From Flectonema sp. DT1601 (lineage: Eukaryota), in assembly GCA_964019425.1 (NCBI GenBank), contig OZ025784.1, positions 1,674,001-1,738,000 of the forward strand: a stretch of 64,000 nucleotides of DNA, in the 5' to 3' direction. Below the pieces are notes generated by a model that was not told where the DNA came from, did no database searches, and worked only from the letters and a program-made list of their open reading frames with translations. Below, piece after piece: positions 1 to 11,975 of this stretch. Both the position numbers and the translations under genes were made by a program. Each line of letters starts with the position of its first letter. Within the stretch, counting starts at the first letter, position 1.

Positions 1-2
1 GG

Positions 3-1001
3 TTAGTATCAGATGGGTACCTTGCTGCTGGTTACAATGGTATTCACATTGATGACTGTTGGATGAGAAAGAACCCTGAGAGAGATCAGAATGGGAAACT
101 GTTCCCTGACCCTGAAAGATTCCCTCACGGATTTAAGTGGTTGGGTGACTACATGCACAACAAGAGTGTGAAGTTCGCCATCTACACTGCTGAGTCACCA
201 CACACTTGTGCTGGATACCCGGCATCAGCAAACCACGAAGTGACTGACGCCGATACATTTGCTGAATGGGGAGTTGACTACATGAAGGTCGATGGATGTG
301 GAGATGCTGGTTACTACCCAAAGGGATACCCAGCCATGGGTAACGCTCTTGTGAACAGTGGACGGGACATCGTGTACTCCTGCTCTTGGCCTGCCTACCT
401 CGGCAGCAACGAGTCCAGCAAGCCTTACACAGCTATGGCTGCTGCCCACTGCAACCTTTGGAGAAACTGGGCTGACATTCAGTGCAACTGGGGCTCCCTC
501 GCTTCGATCATTGAGCACTGGGGACAATGGGGAACCGTCCTCCGTAACGCCGCCAAGACCGGAGCTTGGAACGACCCTGACATGCTTTTGATTGGAAACA
601 AGTGTATCACTGTTGAAGAAGCAAAGACCCAGATGGCCCTCTGGTCCATCTCTGCCGCTCCGCTCATTATGGGTAACGACCTCAGAATTGTACCAGATAC
701 TCACAAGGCTGTCCTCCTCAACAAGGAGGCGATTGCCATCGACCAGGACTCATTGGGTGTTCAGGGAATTCGTGTTCACAACGAGACCACCTTCCAGATT
801 TGGACTCGTCCTCTCGCCAATGGAGATGTTGCGTACGGTCTTTACAACCCAACCATCACTTCCCAGACTGCTCGTGTCACTTTCGACAGCAAGTCTAACG
901 TCAGGGACATCTGGGAGCAGAAGGACCTTGGGGCATTCACTACATACGTCACTCAAGTTCCATCCCACGGAACAGCCTTTCTCCGTGTGAGCAAGCAGTA
1001 A
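3..1001 (+). CDS. Glycoside hydrolase family 27 alpha-galactosidase / alpha-N-acetylgalactosaminidase, 5'-partial
   Basis: The frame is open from position 3 (LVSDGYLAAGYNGIHIDDCW). GH27 motifs: DDCW, WGVDYMKVDGC (nucleophile), NLWRNWADI, WNDPDML, APLIMGNDL, then a C-terminal beta domain. Confidence 0.93.
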   Translation, partial: LVSDGYLAAGYNGIHIDDCWMRKNPERDQNGKLFPDPERFPHGFKWLGDYMHNKSVKFAIYTAESPHTCAGYPASANHEVTDADTFAEWGVDYMKVDGCGDAGYYPKGYPAMGNALVNSGRDIVYSCSWPAYLGSNESSKPYTAMAAAHCNLWRNWADIQCNWGSLASIIEHWGQWGTVLRNAAKTGAWNDPDMLLIGNKCITVEEAKTQMALWSISAAPLIMGNDLRIVPDTHKAVLLNKEAIAIDQDSLGVQGIRVHNETTFQIWTRPLANGDVAYGLYNPTITSQTARVTFDSKSNVRDIWEQKDLGAFTTYVTQVPSHGTAFLRVSKQ

Positions 1002-1493
1002 GTCCTCGCGTCTTTAATTTCATTACATTGTAGAACTCGTGTTTGTCGCAAAGCCAAATGAGTCGAAATTGTGATTGCAACTTCTGAACTTCTGTTGAAA
1101 CAAGAGCGGAATTAGTAGTTCGATTCAGCGAATACGACCAAAAACTCTTTTTATCTTAAACGATCTTCGCACGTTACTGACTGCCAGCGATGGCACTCGT
1201 TGCATGAGCGATGAGTCTGCTGTGTATTTTAAAGCTCTGAGTTAACCAGCGTGTATTGTTCAATTAACGTAACCTTCTATTCGTATTATGTTTATTCACC
1301 CTAACGGTGCCACCCGCAGATTCCAGCTCTGTGGCGTTCGTGTTTCTTTTATTTGTAATTCTCGTACGTGGATATTACTTCCTATTTTGTCAAGGAAGAT
1401 TATCTTAATATTTCTACAGTGAAATCTAGTAGGCAATACTTCTGTGTTGTTATTGTTGTTGTTGTTGTTTATGTTATTTGCTTGCAGGATTCA

Positions 1494-2120
1494 ATGGCAA
1501 GGCGATTCGTTCCTCTACCAAAACCTGCACATGGAAGGCTGCGAGTCTATTGTGACTTAGACGGCGTCTTGGCCGATTTCGATAGAGGAATGCGGGAAGT
1601 CGGAGTCTCGTTAGCAGAACTGAAATCAAATCCGCAAAAGTCGTGGGCGACACTTGCGAATACGAAAGGAGGATTCTATAGAAACCTTCACTGGATGGAA
1701 GACGGGAAGAAATTATGGGAAGAAATAAGAAGCTACAGGCCAATCATCTTAACTGGCCTACCGAGAGGTAAATGGGCTGAACCACAAAAGCGTCTCTGGT
1801 GTGAAAAGCATCTCGGCAGGGATGTAGTTGTCATCACTTGCATGGCAACAGAGAAAATGCAACTCTCTGCTGAAGGTAACGTTCTCATTGACGATACGGT
1901 GAAGAACTGTAGACAGTGGACACTAAGAGGAGGGAATTCAATTATTCACACTTCAGCTTCTGATTCAAGTTCAAAGCTAAAAGAATTATATGATAAAGCT
2001 GGTCCTATTAAAATAGAACCCCCTTCAGAACAACAACCAACAGAAGAAACAGCCACCAGAGCTGAGTTAGAACAACACATCGCTCGCTTGGAAGCAGTTC
2101 TTCGAACTTCAGGATGTTGA
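1494..2120 (+). CDS. HAD-superfamily 5'(3')-nucleotidase-like protein (NT5C type)
   Basis: VYCDLDGVLADF (HAD motif I), ILTG, QKRLW, VLIDD. ATG 1494 follows a T-rich tract and TTGCAG; the ORF-track extension from 1368 is low-complexity. Confidence 0.8.
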   Translation: MARRFVPLPKPAHGRLRVYCDLDGVLADFDRGMREVGVSLAELKSNPQKSWATLANTKGGFYRNLHWMEDGKKLWEEIRSYRPIILTGLPRGKWAEPQKRLWCEKHLGRDVVVITCMATEKMQLSAEGNVLIDDTVKNCRQWTLRGGNSIIHTSASDSSSKLKELYDKAGPIKIEPPSEQQPTEETATRAELEQHIARLEAVLRTSGC

Positions 2121-2406
2121 ACTCAGTTGTTTGATTATTAACCTGGCGGTCAATAAGTCGGAAAATCAAAAAAATAGTTTTCCTCCGGGTTAAACAGTTA
2201 TTTTCGAGTGCGTTATGAAAGCACATCCAAAAACAAATACCTCTCAAAGCGGTTTACCATTATTGAAGTCTACAATTCTTCCTAACCTTCGTAGCGTACC
2301 AGCTTAGACTGGCATTTTCTTTCAAACTTCATCGCTTCTCTTTTACATATCGGAGAGTGAGAGAGGTCTCTTATTATATTAATTCATTCAGGGGTAGATT
2401 CATAAT

Positions 2407-3126
2407 ATGTTAGCGGGGGTGAAGAGATCGTTCACGCAAGTTAGGTTTTCTGGACTTGCGAGTTTAAAGAACTTGCAAAGAAAGAGAAAGGAGGAGGCGG
2501 ACTTAAAATCAGATTCAGAAGGACACGCAGGTAGTTCTTCTGACCCATGGATGTACAAAGTCCTTAATGAAGAAACCTTAGGGATGAATAGAATTTATGT
2601 ATGTGATGGTTTCTTAATTGCAGACCATACCTCGGGTAGCAATAATATAATTAAATAAAAATAGGAACTCTCACTTGCTCACAAATTAGAATTTCAGAGA
2701 CTGTACGTCGCTGACCTGAAATTGCCATACCAAGAAGAGACGAACAAGTTGGGAAATCAACCAAGGAGAAGGCCTGACAATTCTACAAGACCAATACCAG
2801 ATGTTGGGAAATATACTCCACAAGCGAGAAAGTTTCAGAAAACTGAATTAGATTGGGGAAAGGATAGCATTCGATCACAACTCACTGATTTCGATCCAAA
2901 ATCACGAGCAGACTTAACAGCGTCACTCAGGGAAGCCATTCCTGTTCCTGACTTAGACTGGACTTGTCAGTTCCCGATGTGGAATCCAAGATCGCATAAA
3001 TTACCAGCTCCACGTAGAAGTAGAATTATGTATATGTACGCTCAGGCTAAGGGTGAGGCGTACGTGTTTAAGAAAAGTAAACCTAATGTGTACCACAACA
3101 ACCTCAGTTACCGTGGTCTGGCTTAA
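2407..3126 (+). CDS. Hypothetical two-exon protein, possibly mitochondrial (exons 2407-2598 and 2665-3126)
   Basis: A phase-0 66-nt intron GTATGT...AAATAG (2599-2664) joins the two ORFs in frame (RIY/ELSLAHKLEF). The basic N-terminus resembles a transit peptide. Confidence 0.65.
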
Positions 3127-3467
3127 GACTGCTCATTGGCTTGTTGTACCTTCACACAGACACTGATGGGTGTTGATATCTCATTCTACTTTAGGATGTT
3201 TATTTAGTAACAAAACTCTTATTGTGGTACCCTCCGATACCAAATTGTTACTTCTCATTATAATTATGGACCACTCTTTGTGGGATGTTCTGTTTCTCAG
3301 GTGGTTGCAATTTTTCTTTTTTTTCAGGACTTTACGTTTTTTGTTCATTCACATCGATTCAGGAGTCTGAATTGTGTTGTCGCAAAACTTATTTATATTT
3401 TGTTTCCCTCAAACAGGTACCTCTACTTTTTGATACCCCTCTCTGTCACGAGCCATAATCTTTTAAA

Positions 3468-6400
3468 ATGGGAGGTGTTATGAAAGACGATGAGAAGCTC
3501 AACAGAGATCTTTGCAAACCTGGTGCAAAGGTTTTCTATTGGGAACCTCAGCATGCCTGGTCCTTAGGATTTATTGAGGGTGACGATGGAAAGTTTTTTA
3601 CTGTGAAAGGATGCGACTACTGCGCTACGAAAGTCGAAGCATTAAGTAACCAAAAACTCCCAGAGAACAAAATCTGGCCAGTCAGAGAAGACGTTTTGGA
3701 TGAAGACGTCGACGATTTGTTGCAGCTGACAGTTCTTCACGATTCTACTATTCAGAGATGTCTTTTTATTAGATACATGAAGGATACTTGTTATACAAAC
3801 ATTGGTGCTATTGTTGTTGCCCTTAACCCTTGGAACTTTAAGATTAAGAAGTACATGGATGACCAAATGCCGAACTACCTTTCAGAAGGTGAAGTGATTC
3901 GTAACAACGTTCCCCACTCGTGGGCTCAGGCTCACAATACTTACAACGAATTAAATCGTGACGCAGCTGATCAATGTATTCTTATCTCTGGAGAATCTGG
4001 AGCTGGTAAAACAGAAGCAGCAAAGATTGTAATGAAGTATTTGGGAGCTATCTCATGTCGTATGGGAACTGAAGACCAGAAATCCGCCGCTAGAAAGGTT
4101 GCTTTCAACATCAACCAGGCCTCTCCTATTTTAGAAGGTTTTGGTAACGCGAAGACCGTTCGTAACGATAACTCTTCTCGTTTCGGTAAGTTTATGAAGG
4201 TTCAATTTGACTCTGCTGGTTTCTTGGTCGGTGCGTTTACCACAAAGTATCTCTTAGAGAAGTCGAGAATTATCACTGCATCCGGAAGTGAGCGTGTGTA
4301 CCACGCCTTCTACCTTCTAACAAAGGGTAAGGACGCATCAAAGTATGGATTAGCAGCAGCTAGTTCTTACAAGTCTTGTAATGCAGGAAAGTGTATTGAT
4401 ATTCCGGGTGTTAACGATGGTGAAGATTACGACATCGCTTTGACTGCGATGTCTGACTGCGGGTTCAGTTCCGAAGACATCGAAGGAGTTTGGAAGATGG
4501 TTGCTGGTTGTCTTCATCTTGTTAACTTAGACTACAAAGAGATTGATAAAGACACTTGTTCTATTGATGACACTACTAACTCTGTTTCAAAATGTTGTGA
4601 CAACTGGCAGATTGACAGCACCGTCATGACCAAAGAATTGATAATCACAACTATGGCAACACGTGATGGTCCAGTAGAGAAAAAGCTCAACAAGACCAAG
4701 GCTATGGACACCAGAGACTCTCTTATTAAGGCGAGTTACGACGCTCTGTTTTCTTGGCAGGTGCTCGCAATTAACAACACGACTGACTCAGGAACTGGTC
4801 AGAACTTTATTGGTCTGTTGGATATCTTCGGATTTGAAGATTTCGAATACAACTCTTTTGAACAGATTTGTATCAACTTGGCCAACGAAACCCTTCAAAA
4901 CCACTACAACAATTACATCTTTCAAAAGGATATGGACGAGTGTAGAGCTGAAGGTGTTGATGTCACTGAAGTTGTCTGCCCTGACAACATGCCTTGTCTT
5001 AAGATGCTTACAGACAGAACTGGTATCTTTGGTATGCTCGATGACGAGTGCTCAATGGGTTCTGGAACTGATGAAGGATTCTTAGACAAGGTCATGGATC
5101 AGTTTAAAGGAAAACATCAATTCTTTGACGTTAAAAAACTTTCAAAGGCCTCCTTCATTGTTAATCACTACGCTGCTTCAGTCAACTACACTGTTGAAGG
5201 TTGGTTAGACAAGAACAGAGACACCCTAAAACCTGCGATGAAATTATTAATGAGAGCATCAGGACAGCCTTTGATCGCTTCACTGCTACCAGAACCAGTT
5301 GAAGGAGGAAGACCAATTACTGTCGGAGGATTCTTTAAACAACAATTAGTTGATATGATGGACTTAATCAACAGTACAAACCCCCACTGGATTCGTTGTG
5401 TCAAACCTCATCCAGCCAAGAAACCACTCATGGTTCACGGAATTACTATGATGACCCAACTTGAGTCTTCGGGTGTTCTCGGAACGGTTAAGATTAGAAA
5501 GGCTGGTTTCCCAGTCAGACCAACGTTCAAGAACTTCGTTCAGAGATTTAAGATCATCATGGGAGCTGGTCCTCCACTTGACGATCTTCCAGCTATGAAG
5601 GAATGGTCCAGAAAGGTTTGCGACAAGTGTGGAATCGATCAAAAGAAGGCTCAGATTGGAACTACGAAGATGTTCCTCAAAACCGAATCAAACCAGACCC
5701 TCGAGGCCGCCAGAGATGAGGCCCAGAAGATTCACAGACTCAACGCTCAGAACGCTGGTAAAAAGAAGTTGAAAGACTTGGCAGCCCGTCACAAGGCCAG
5801 AATGGAAAAATTGAAACAAATTCAGAAGCTTTGGAAGGAAGAGATGAATGGATTGAAGAAGAGAAGAGCTGACGCACAGAATGCTTACAACGCTTCAGGA
5901 AAGACTCCACCACTCCCAAAACCAGCTCCAGGAATGAAGGCACCAGAGGAGCCAGAGCCAGAGCCTGAGCCTGAGCCAGAGCCAGAGCCTGAACCAGAGC
6001 CAGAGCCAGAACCAGAACCATCTCCAGAGGAAGAGATTCCTGAGATCAATCCGTTAGAAGGTCAGTTTAGTTCTGACCGCGCCTGTACCGTCTGTGACAC
6101 AAACTACACTGGAGAGGATCCAAAGATGGCTATCTACATCTGTACTGATTGCGATGAGAAACTCTGTGAAACCTGCTGGGACGTTGAACACAAAAACAAG
6201 AAGAGATCTCATCACAGCAAACTGCTTCTCTACTTCGAGTGTGATTTGTGCACTCGCGGTCATGATAAGAAACCGAAGGCACTTCCAGCTCTTTGGTTCT
6301 GCACACCATGTAAGATGATGTTGTGCAAACAGTGTTGGCACGATGAGCACAAGAACCCAAAACGTCGTAGACACAAACAGCAGTTCCTTTACCCAAATGG

Positions 6401-8000
6401 TGAGGATGGTATTTGGTCTGATGTAACAGTAAATGCTCAAGGTGTTGAAGTTTGTATGGACAAATTCAGAGGTAAAGATATGGTAACCTGGCTAAAGAAG
6501 AATACTGACAGAGCCTGCAGTGTCTGCTCAAAGGTTGAAGGAAGAGCTGCTCTTTACAGTTGTGAAGAGTGCGATTCCAGAAGTCCTGAGAAACTCTGCG
6601 AAGAGTGTTGGTTTGGAGAACACAAGAACAAGAAGCGTAGAGATCATAAGAAGAAGTTACTTCTTTACATGTGTGATGTATGCCACGACATTGAAGGAAG
6701 ACCTGCTTTCCATCTCTGCGCTGAATGCAAATTGAAACTCTGCGATGTTTGCTGGAAGTTAGAACACAAGAACCCATCTCGTAAGAAGCATCACAAGGGT
6801 GAACTCTACCCAGCACTTGCAAAGGGTCCATCAAAGGGAAAGTCGAAGGGTCTGTTGGATCAAATCCACAGATTTCTCAACAAAATGAAAGTAAAGAAGA
6901 GAGTTGAACAGCCAGTCTACCCAGCCGTTGAGGGTCAAGAAGGAATGTTCCCTGGTGAGTATGAGTACGCTCCTCTACCTGCTCCTATTAGCCCTGAACA
7001 AGCTGATGCTTACGCGATTATGGGAGCCCCACAAGGACAACAACAACAGGCAGCTATTCCACAGATAATCCCTGGACATCCTTCAGAAGCAGAGCTTGAA
7101 ATCCAGGAATACATGCAGGCTCCTATATCTGAAGCTGGTGCTCGCGGAACAATTGGAGGTGGTTCTGCCATGCAGCCAGGTTCCCGAATTTCAATGGCCC
7201 AGCCAGACATGTTGGGTGGTGCTGAAGTAGAATCCATCTCTGGAGAATCAGGACTTCATCACGGTATGCCTTCTCGTATGTCGATGGGTCTTCAGTCAAC
7301 TTCTCACCTTTTGGGTGCCGGAGGGGACGACTCTCCTCAGAAGTCCAGCGCCGCCCAATCACCAAAGGGAGACTCAGTTGTTGGACTTCAACACCATCAG
7401 TCACGATTGGGTGCACCTGTTCAGCAATCTGGTGGTCACATTCAGCAGCCTTCTGTTATTCAGCAACTCCAGCAGTACGCTCAACCAGAACGTGTTTCAA
7501 GCAGCGTCGGAGGATTTGGAGGTCTGGGCGGGCAACATCCACATCAGCAGCAGCAAGAAATGCCAGTACAGCCTCAGTCAGCGATGTTCGACGCGATGAG
7601 TGTTGAACACCAACTGCAGGCGATGCAGATGCCAGTTTCGATGTTTTCTGGTGCGCAAGCAGGTGCCGGGGCTGGTGCTCAATCTCCTTGGAGAGGCGCC
7701 TCTCCTGCGATGTCATCACCAATGAGGGCACGTGGAAATGTCGATCCTGTCTACAGACAGCGTCTGTTGAACTTCTATCAGAGATACAATGCTGAAAAAC
7801 TACCATCTGTTGTAAGTACACTAGTTCAGTACAAGGGTCACGAAGAGGCTTTGTTTGACGCCTTGTCAAAGAAGTACGGACCAGAACCTCCAATGAAGGA
7901 CGAACCACTTCCACAGGGATGGAGAGTAGTCGAAAGCTCACGTGGAGATATCTTCTACAAACACCTTGACGGAAGAAAGCAGTGGGAGAGACCTCTGTAG
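3468..8000 (+). CDS. Unconventional myosin heavy chain: motor, short neck, PE linker, four B-box-type Zn fingers, Q/G-rich region, C-terminal WW domain
   Basis: Motor motifs GESGAGKT, NDNSSRFGK, LLDIFGFE, PHWIRCVKP. Four CxxC..CxxC..LCxxCW..EH..H units. WW motif LPQGW..FY..QWERP. Confidence 0.95.
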   Translation: MGGVMKDDEKLNRDLCKPGAKVFYWEPQHAWSLGFIEGDDGKFFTVKGCDYCATKVEALSNQKLPENKIWPVREDVLDEDVDDLLQLTVLHDSTIQRCLFIRYMKDTCYTNIGAIVVALNPWNFKIKKYMDDQMPNYLSEGEVIRNNVPHSWAQAHNTYNELNRDAADQCILISGESGAGKTEAAKIVMKYLGAISCRMGTEDQKSAARKVAFNINQASPILEGFGNAKTVRNDNSSRFGKFMKVQFDSAGFLVGAFTTKYLLEKSRIITASGSERVYHAFYLLTKGKDASKYGLAAASSYKSCNAGKCIDIPGVNDGEDYDIALTAMSDCGFSSEDIEGVWKMVAGCLHLVNLDYKEIDKDTCSIDDTTNSVSKCCDNWQIDSTVMTKELIITTMATRDGPVEKKLNKTKAMDTRDSLIKASYDALFSWQVLAINNTTDSGTGQNFIGLLDIFGFEDFEYNSFEQICINLANETLQNHYNNYIFQKDMDECRAEGVDVTEVVCPDNMPCLKMLTDRTGIFGMLDDECSMGSGTDEGFLDKVMDQFKGKHQFFDVKKLSKASFIVNHYAASVNYTVEGWLDKNRDTLKPAMKLLMRASGQPLIASLLPEPVEGGRPITVGGFFKQQLVDMMDLINSTNPHWIRCVKPHPAKKPLMVHGITMMTQLESSGVLGTVKIRKAGFPVRPTFKNFVQRFKIIMGAGPPLDDLPAMKEWSRKVCDKCGIDQKKAQIGTTKMFLKTESNQTLEAARDEAQKIHRLNAQNAGKKKLKDLAARHKARMEKLKQIQKLWKEEMNGLKKRRADAQNAYNASGKTPPLPKPAPGMKAPEEPEPEPEPEPEPEPEPEPEPEPEPSPEEEIPEINPLEGQFSSDRACTVCDTNYTGEDPKMAIYICTDCDEKLCETCWDVEHKNKKRSHHSKLLLYFECDLCTRGHDKKPKALPALWFCTPCKMMLCKQCWHDEHKNPKRRRHKQQFLYPNGEDGIWSDVTVNAQGVEVCMDKFRGKDMVTWLKKNTDRACSVCSKVEGRAALYSCEECDSRSPEKLCEECWFGEHKNKKRRDHKKKLLLYMCDVCHDIEGRPAFHLCAECKLKLCDVCWKLEHKNPSRKKHHKGELYPALAKGPSKGKSKGLLDQIHRFLNKMKVKKRVEQPVYPAVEGQEGMFPGEYEYAPLPAPISPEQADAYAIMGAPQGQQQQAAIPQIIPGHPSEAELEIQEYMQAPISEAGARGTIGGGSAMQPGSRISMAQPDMLGGAEVESISGESGLHHGMPSRMSMGLQSTSHLLGAGGDDSPQKSSAAQSPKGDSVVGLQHHQSRLGAPVQQSGGHIQQPSVIQQLQQYAQPERVSSSVGGFGGLGGQHPHQQQQEMPVQPQSAMFDAMSVEHQLQAMQMPVSMFSGAQAGAGAGAQSPWRGASPAMSSPMRARGNVDPVYRQRLLNFYQRYNAEKLPSVVSTLVQYKGHEEALFDALSKKYGPEPPMKDEPLPQGWRVVESSRGDIFYKHLDGRKQWERPL
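5949..6020 (+). repeat. Coding (Glu-Pro)n hexanucleotide repeat in the myosin tail
   Basis: GARCCW units translating to EPEPEP. Confidence 0.9.
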
Positions 8001-9146
8001 GAGTTATGAATTAATTATAAAACTGAAATTCGAAAAGACAAACTGTAAACTTCACAACGAACGAAGAAACAAAAAATAAAAAATAAAAGAAAACGAAAGA
8101 AGTGGGAGAGACCACTTCACCCCTACACCCCACCATTACAATCCCAGCTCTCTTTTTATTATAACCCGAAATAATAACACTGAAGGAAGGATGAGATGTA
8201 AGATCACTACATCTGTAAAGGTAATCTCTATAAAGTGAGGTCCTTGCGGGTACTTTTTGATCTTCTTTAACTTCCACTCTTTTTTTATCTTTCCTTTCTC
8301 TTTACTTTTCTTTCACCGTGTAACTTCCTTACTTCTGATCCCCAGTCCCTATGAAGTCAGTTTGTACAGGCATGTACTCACACGATACTCTTTTTTCGTT
8401 GTTGTCCATTTTTTGATGATTTCATTCGGCCAAAACAAGTTGGTGTCAGGTTAGCATCAGCGGTTTTTTTTTTTTTTTTTATTTGGAGGGGAAAAAAAAG
8501 GACAACGGCAACTGACAATGAAAAAAAAAAAAAAATAGTAATAACACTACGAAAAAAACAAAAACAAAAACAAAAAAAAGTAAAAAAAAAAACAAAAAAA
8601 ATTTTGAAAATTAACTGAAAACTGTTTCTGACATGAACAGTTTTTCTCTTCTTGTTCTAACTGTAAGTAAATATCGAATAGCAAAAAAATAAAAAAAGAA
8701 TCCAAGACATTAGAAAAAGAAAGCAAGGTAGTAGAAACACACCCCGGGATACAAACTCACGAAGTGGTGATTGCTTCTGTTTGTGGATTTAAATGAGTTG
8801 TATCCCGCTGTCCCGTCTCCCAGTTTTTCTCACGACTTGTCGCTCACCCCCTTTAGACTGTTTGTTTGTTACTTTTCTTTTCCCCCTCTCACACCCCCCG
8901 TTTACCTCCTTCCTAGTTTCAAGTTACCTGTGTTCCGAACCGCTGCCATCAGCAACTAGGATGATGGATAAATATCCAAACAGTTGTTCTGTTCTCTAAT
9001 TAAGTTTCTCTTATTCACCAGACAACACTTCATGAACTACTATCTCTTAATGTCTTTAGTGAGATTAATGTACACAGACACATTGCCTTGTTGATTGCCT
9101 ACCTCACTTCACTTCATTTTTAAAAAAGAACTTCACCAGAAGTAAG

Positions 9147-10001
9147 ATGTCAGACGGAGACGATGTATCTCCGATGGAAGATAAAAAGATATGGAAAACA
9201 TGTTGTGGGTGTCAATGGTCTAAAGTACAAGGTACACTAATGCTTTCAATGGTGTTATTCGGAACGATTACTTCTGCTCAAATTGTGGGTGCGTTGATCG
9301 CTAAATCGATGGCTCTGTTGGCAGATTGTGCGTCGATGGGTCTCGACACGATAAGCTACGGAGTTAACTTAGTTGCTGCTTGCCACCCAGAACCTGATGA
9401 GCGAAAGCGAATTAGAAACAACTTAATAAGCAGCGGGGTATCTTACTTGGCTCTGATTGGTATTTCTCTTTACTTTCTTGTTGGTGGAATTCAAGCTCTG
9501 ACTTCATCGGAGGAAGATGATGAAAATGTAAATGCGTACATCGTACTCGGGTTCGCTATCGGAGGAATAGTATTCGACATTGCCTCACTGATACCATACT
9601 GTCTTAATAGGAAAGGTAATGAAAACTCAGAAAAAGCCAACCTCTTGTCAGCGTTCTCTCACGTATCAGCTGACTTACTTCGGTCGTTAACAACGCTCAT
9701 CGAAGGAATCGTAATCCTCAGTAGTGATATTAATGAACAGAAAGCTGATGCTGTTGCTACACTAGTCGTAACCTCAACAATCGTATTGGGTATGGTTGCT
9801 CCACTATACCAATGGTATAAAACACTAAGGAATTATAGAGACCCGGCTCATAATATTCAATCTGATCTTCTTGAAAGAATCAACTCTCAAGACCCTGAAA
9901 TTGAATTAGATGAAAACATTAAATCTCCTTTAGGAGTTGAAGAGGTAGGAGAGGATGAAGGCGAAGGAATAGTTGTCGAGATTGACGCCACTGCGGAATG
10001 A
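9147..10001 (+). CDS. Cation diffusion facilitator (CDF/ZnT-type) metal transporter
   Basis: About six hydrophobic segments; SMALLADCASMGLD (TM1-2 signature) and NLLSAFSHVSAD (TM5 HxxxD). Confidence 0.85.
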   Translation: MSDGDDVSPMEDKKIWKTCCGCQWSKVQGTLMLSMVLFGTITSAQIVGALIAKSMALLADCASMGLDTISYGVNLVAACHPEPDERKRIRNNLISSGVSYLALIGISLYFLVGGIQALTSSEEDDENVNAYIVLGFAIGGIVFDIASLIPYCLNRKGNENSEKANLLSAFSHVSADLLRSLTTLIEGIVILSSDINEQKADAVATLVVTSTIVLGMVAPLYQWYKTLRNYRDPAHNIQSDLLERINSQDPEIELDENIKSPLGVEEVGEDEGEGIVVEIDATAE

Positions 10002-11975
10002 TTAACAAGACTTTCGAAGTGTTGTAATGAAAACACTCATTTATATTATCCTGCTGCTGTGGTATTTGGTATCTGTAGCCTTCGCTGGTTTGCAATTAAA
10101 GCAATCAGTTACTTACATGTAGTTTAGATGTGTTGCTTCAGATTGATTTCTTCTTAGTTGGCTTGTCATCGTTATGGGATTCCCGCTACTATAGATTGAG
10201 GATTGTTTCTTTCGTTTCTTTTTTTTTTTTTTTTTTGTAATCGGACGCTATTTCTAACTTCTTCTTATATTATTTGATTTTAGCAACCAGCTTACGTAAA
10301 TCCACAAATACTGCTTCACTGCATCGTGTTGAGTTATTATGTAGAATGTTCAGTTATCATTCGCGATGTGTTTTTATTATAAATATGTTGCAACTGACTT
10401 GGCAACCAGTTTGTTGTCTTTATGAGGTGTTCTCCCTTTCATTTGGTTTCTTTATTTGCTAAACGACCGTTACTAACTGCTTCGTTGTTTATTCTTTTCT
10501 ACTTTTAGCAACCGTGTGGTACAGAAGCGGCTCTCTTGTTCTTTCTCTTTTTACTGTTTTGAATTTAGTGGTGTGTGTTGTGAATCTCTTTTTTTCTTTT
10601 GAATTGGGTAGAGTGTTTTAGTTAACATCAATACTGAGGACTTCGTTGGATTTCTTCTAGGGGTTTGTCTGTCCTCTCTATTCATTTTTCCTGTCGTTTC
10701 ACCAACACATGCCACACAAAAGATCAAACTCTTTTTCTTTGTTAACACTTTACGAGAGGAATAGTCTGACAGGTTGCGGACCTGACTTCAATGTTTGGGG
10801 AAATAGCCTTAGCAGACACTGTCTTCATTTCCAATACTGTTCGGGTTCTGATTCTTATTATTTTTTTTTTTTTTGCGCCGATGAAGTCGGTGCAAAAAAA
10901 AGAAGAAACTACTCAGATTTAAGAGCCTTTTTATTTATTATGTCAAAATGTTATCTGTTTTTTTTCCCTTTTGTCGCCAGTGATCCTGTCTTTGCGATCA
11001 ACAAAAAGCAAAACTGGATTTTTTTTATCTGAAAAAGTTTTTTTTTTAATTTATTTTAATAATGTTCCCTTCTTCATACGAATGACATCATCCTGTGAGA
11101 TCAATTAGTGTTAGCTTTCTCTACACTTGTCTCGAATGGTAGACTCATCGAATTTGGGATCAAAAGATGTGAGAGCAACTCGTCAGAAAATATCTGTCAG
11201 AAAAACAAAAAAAACGCTCAATTTCCTATACCTGCTGGCTATCACACGCTTTGTTGCGAGGCGATATAAGTTTCTTCTCGTGTTTAATGAATGAAATTAA
11301 AAGACAAATTGACCAGTCGAAATCCTGTGGGATATACACTTTCGACATTTTGTGATTTTTGGTTTGTGCGCGAAACCGTGAACCGACTTAAGCGTGATAA
11401 AGCTTATGGAGGTTTATGTGTGCTGCCCAACATTTTTTTTTCGTTCTTACAATACTTGTTCAAATGCAAAAAAAAAAAAAGGGAAATTAAAATAATTTTC
11501 TGCAGAACGCTTTAAAAGAAGATGTTCCCTCCCTCAATACGATGTTGCCGCCGGAATCTTATTTCGGGAAAAAAAGAATGCTAAACACGTCTGTTTTATA
11601 TACAAAAAAAAAAACAGAGGTCAGCTAACTCCATTTTATCAACCAGGGGGGAGGTGCAGTACCATAATTTTTTTTTTTTTTGATTTTTGCAAAAAAAAAG
11701 CCTCTCACAAGTAAATAAGTATAAACTATCTGAGTATTGTAATTATAGTGATCTGTTTGGTAAAGTACCCCAAGTAATTAGGAGGAACAACATCATATTA
11801 GACGATAATCAGATAATGATAAATAGTTCGTAAACAAGTACTTCTTTATAAACAGTTAATCAATTACTTTTATACAGTAGCTGTTGTTGACATGGTCTGT
11901 TGGATCACATATTCTAATTGTCTTGTTCCACCCTACAGCTTAACTTTTACAAACCTCAAAAACTCTTTTACAAAA

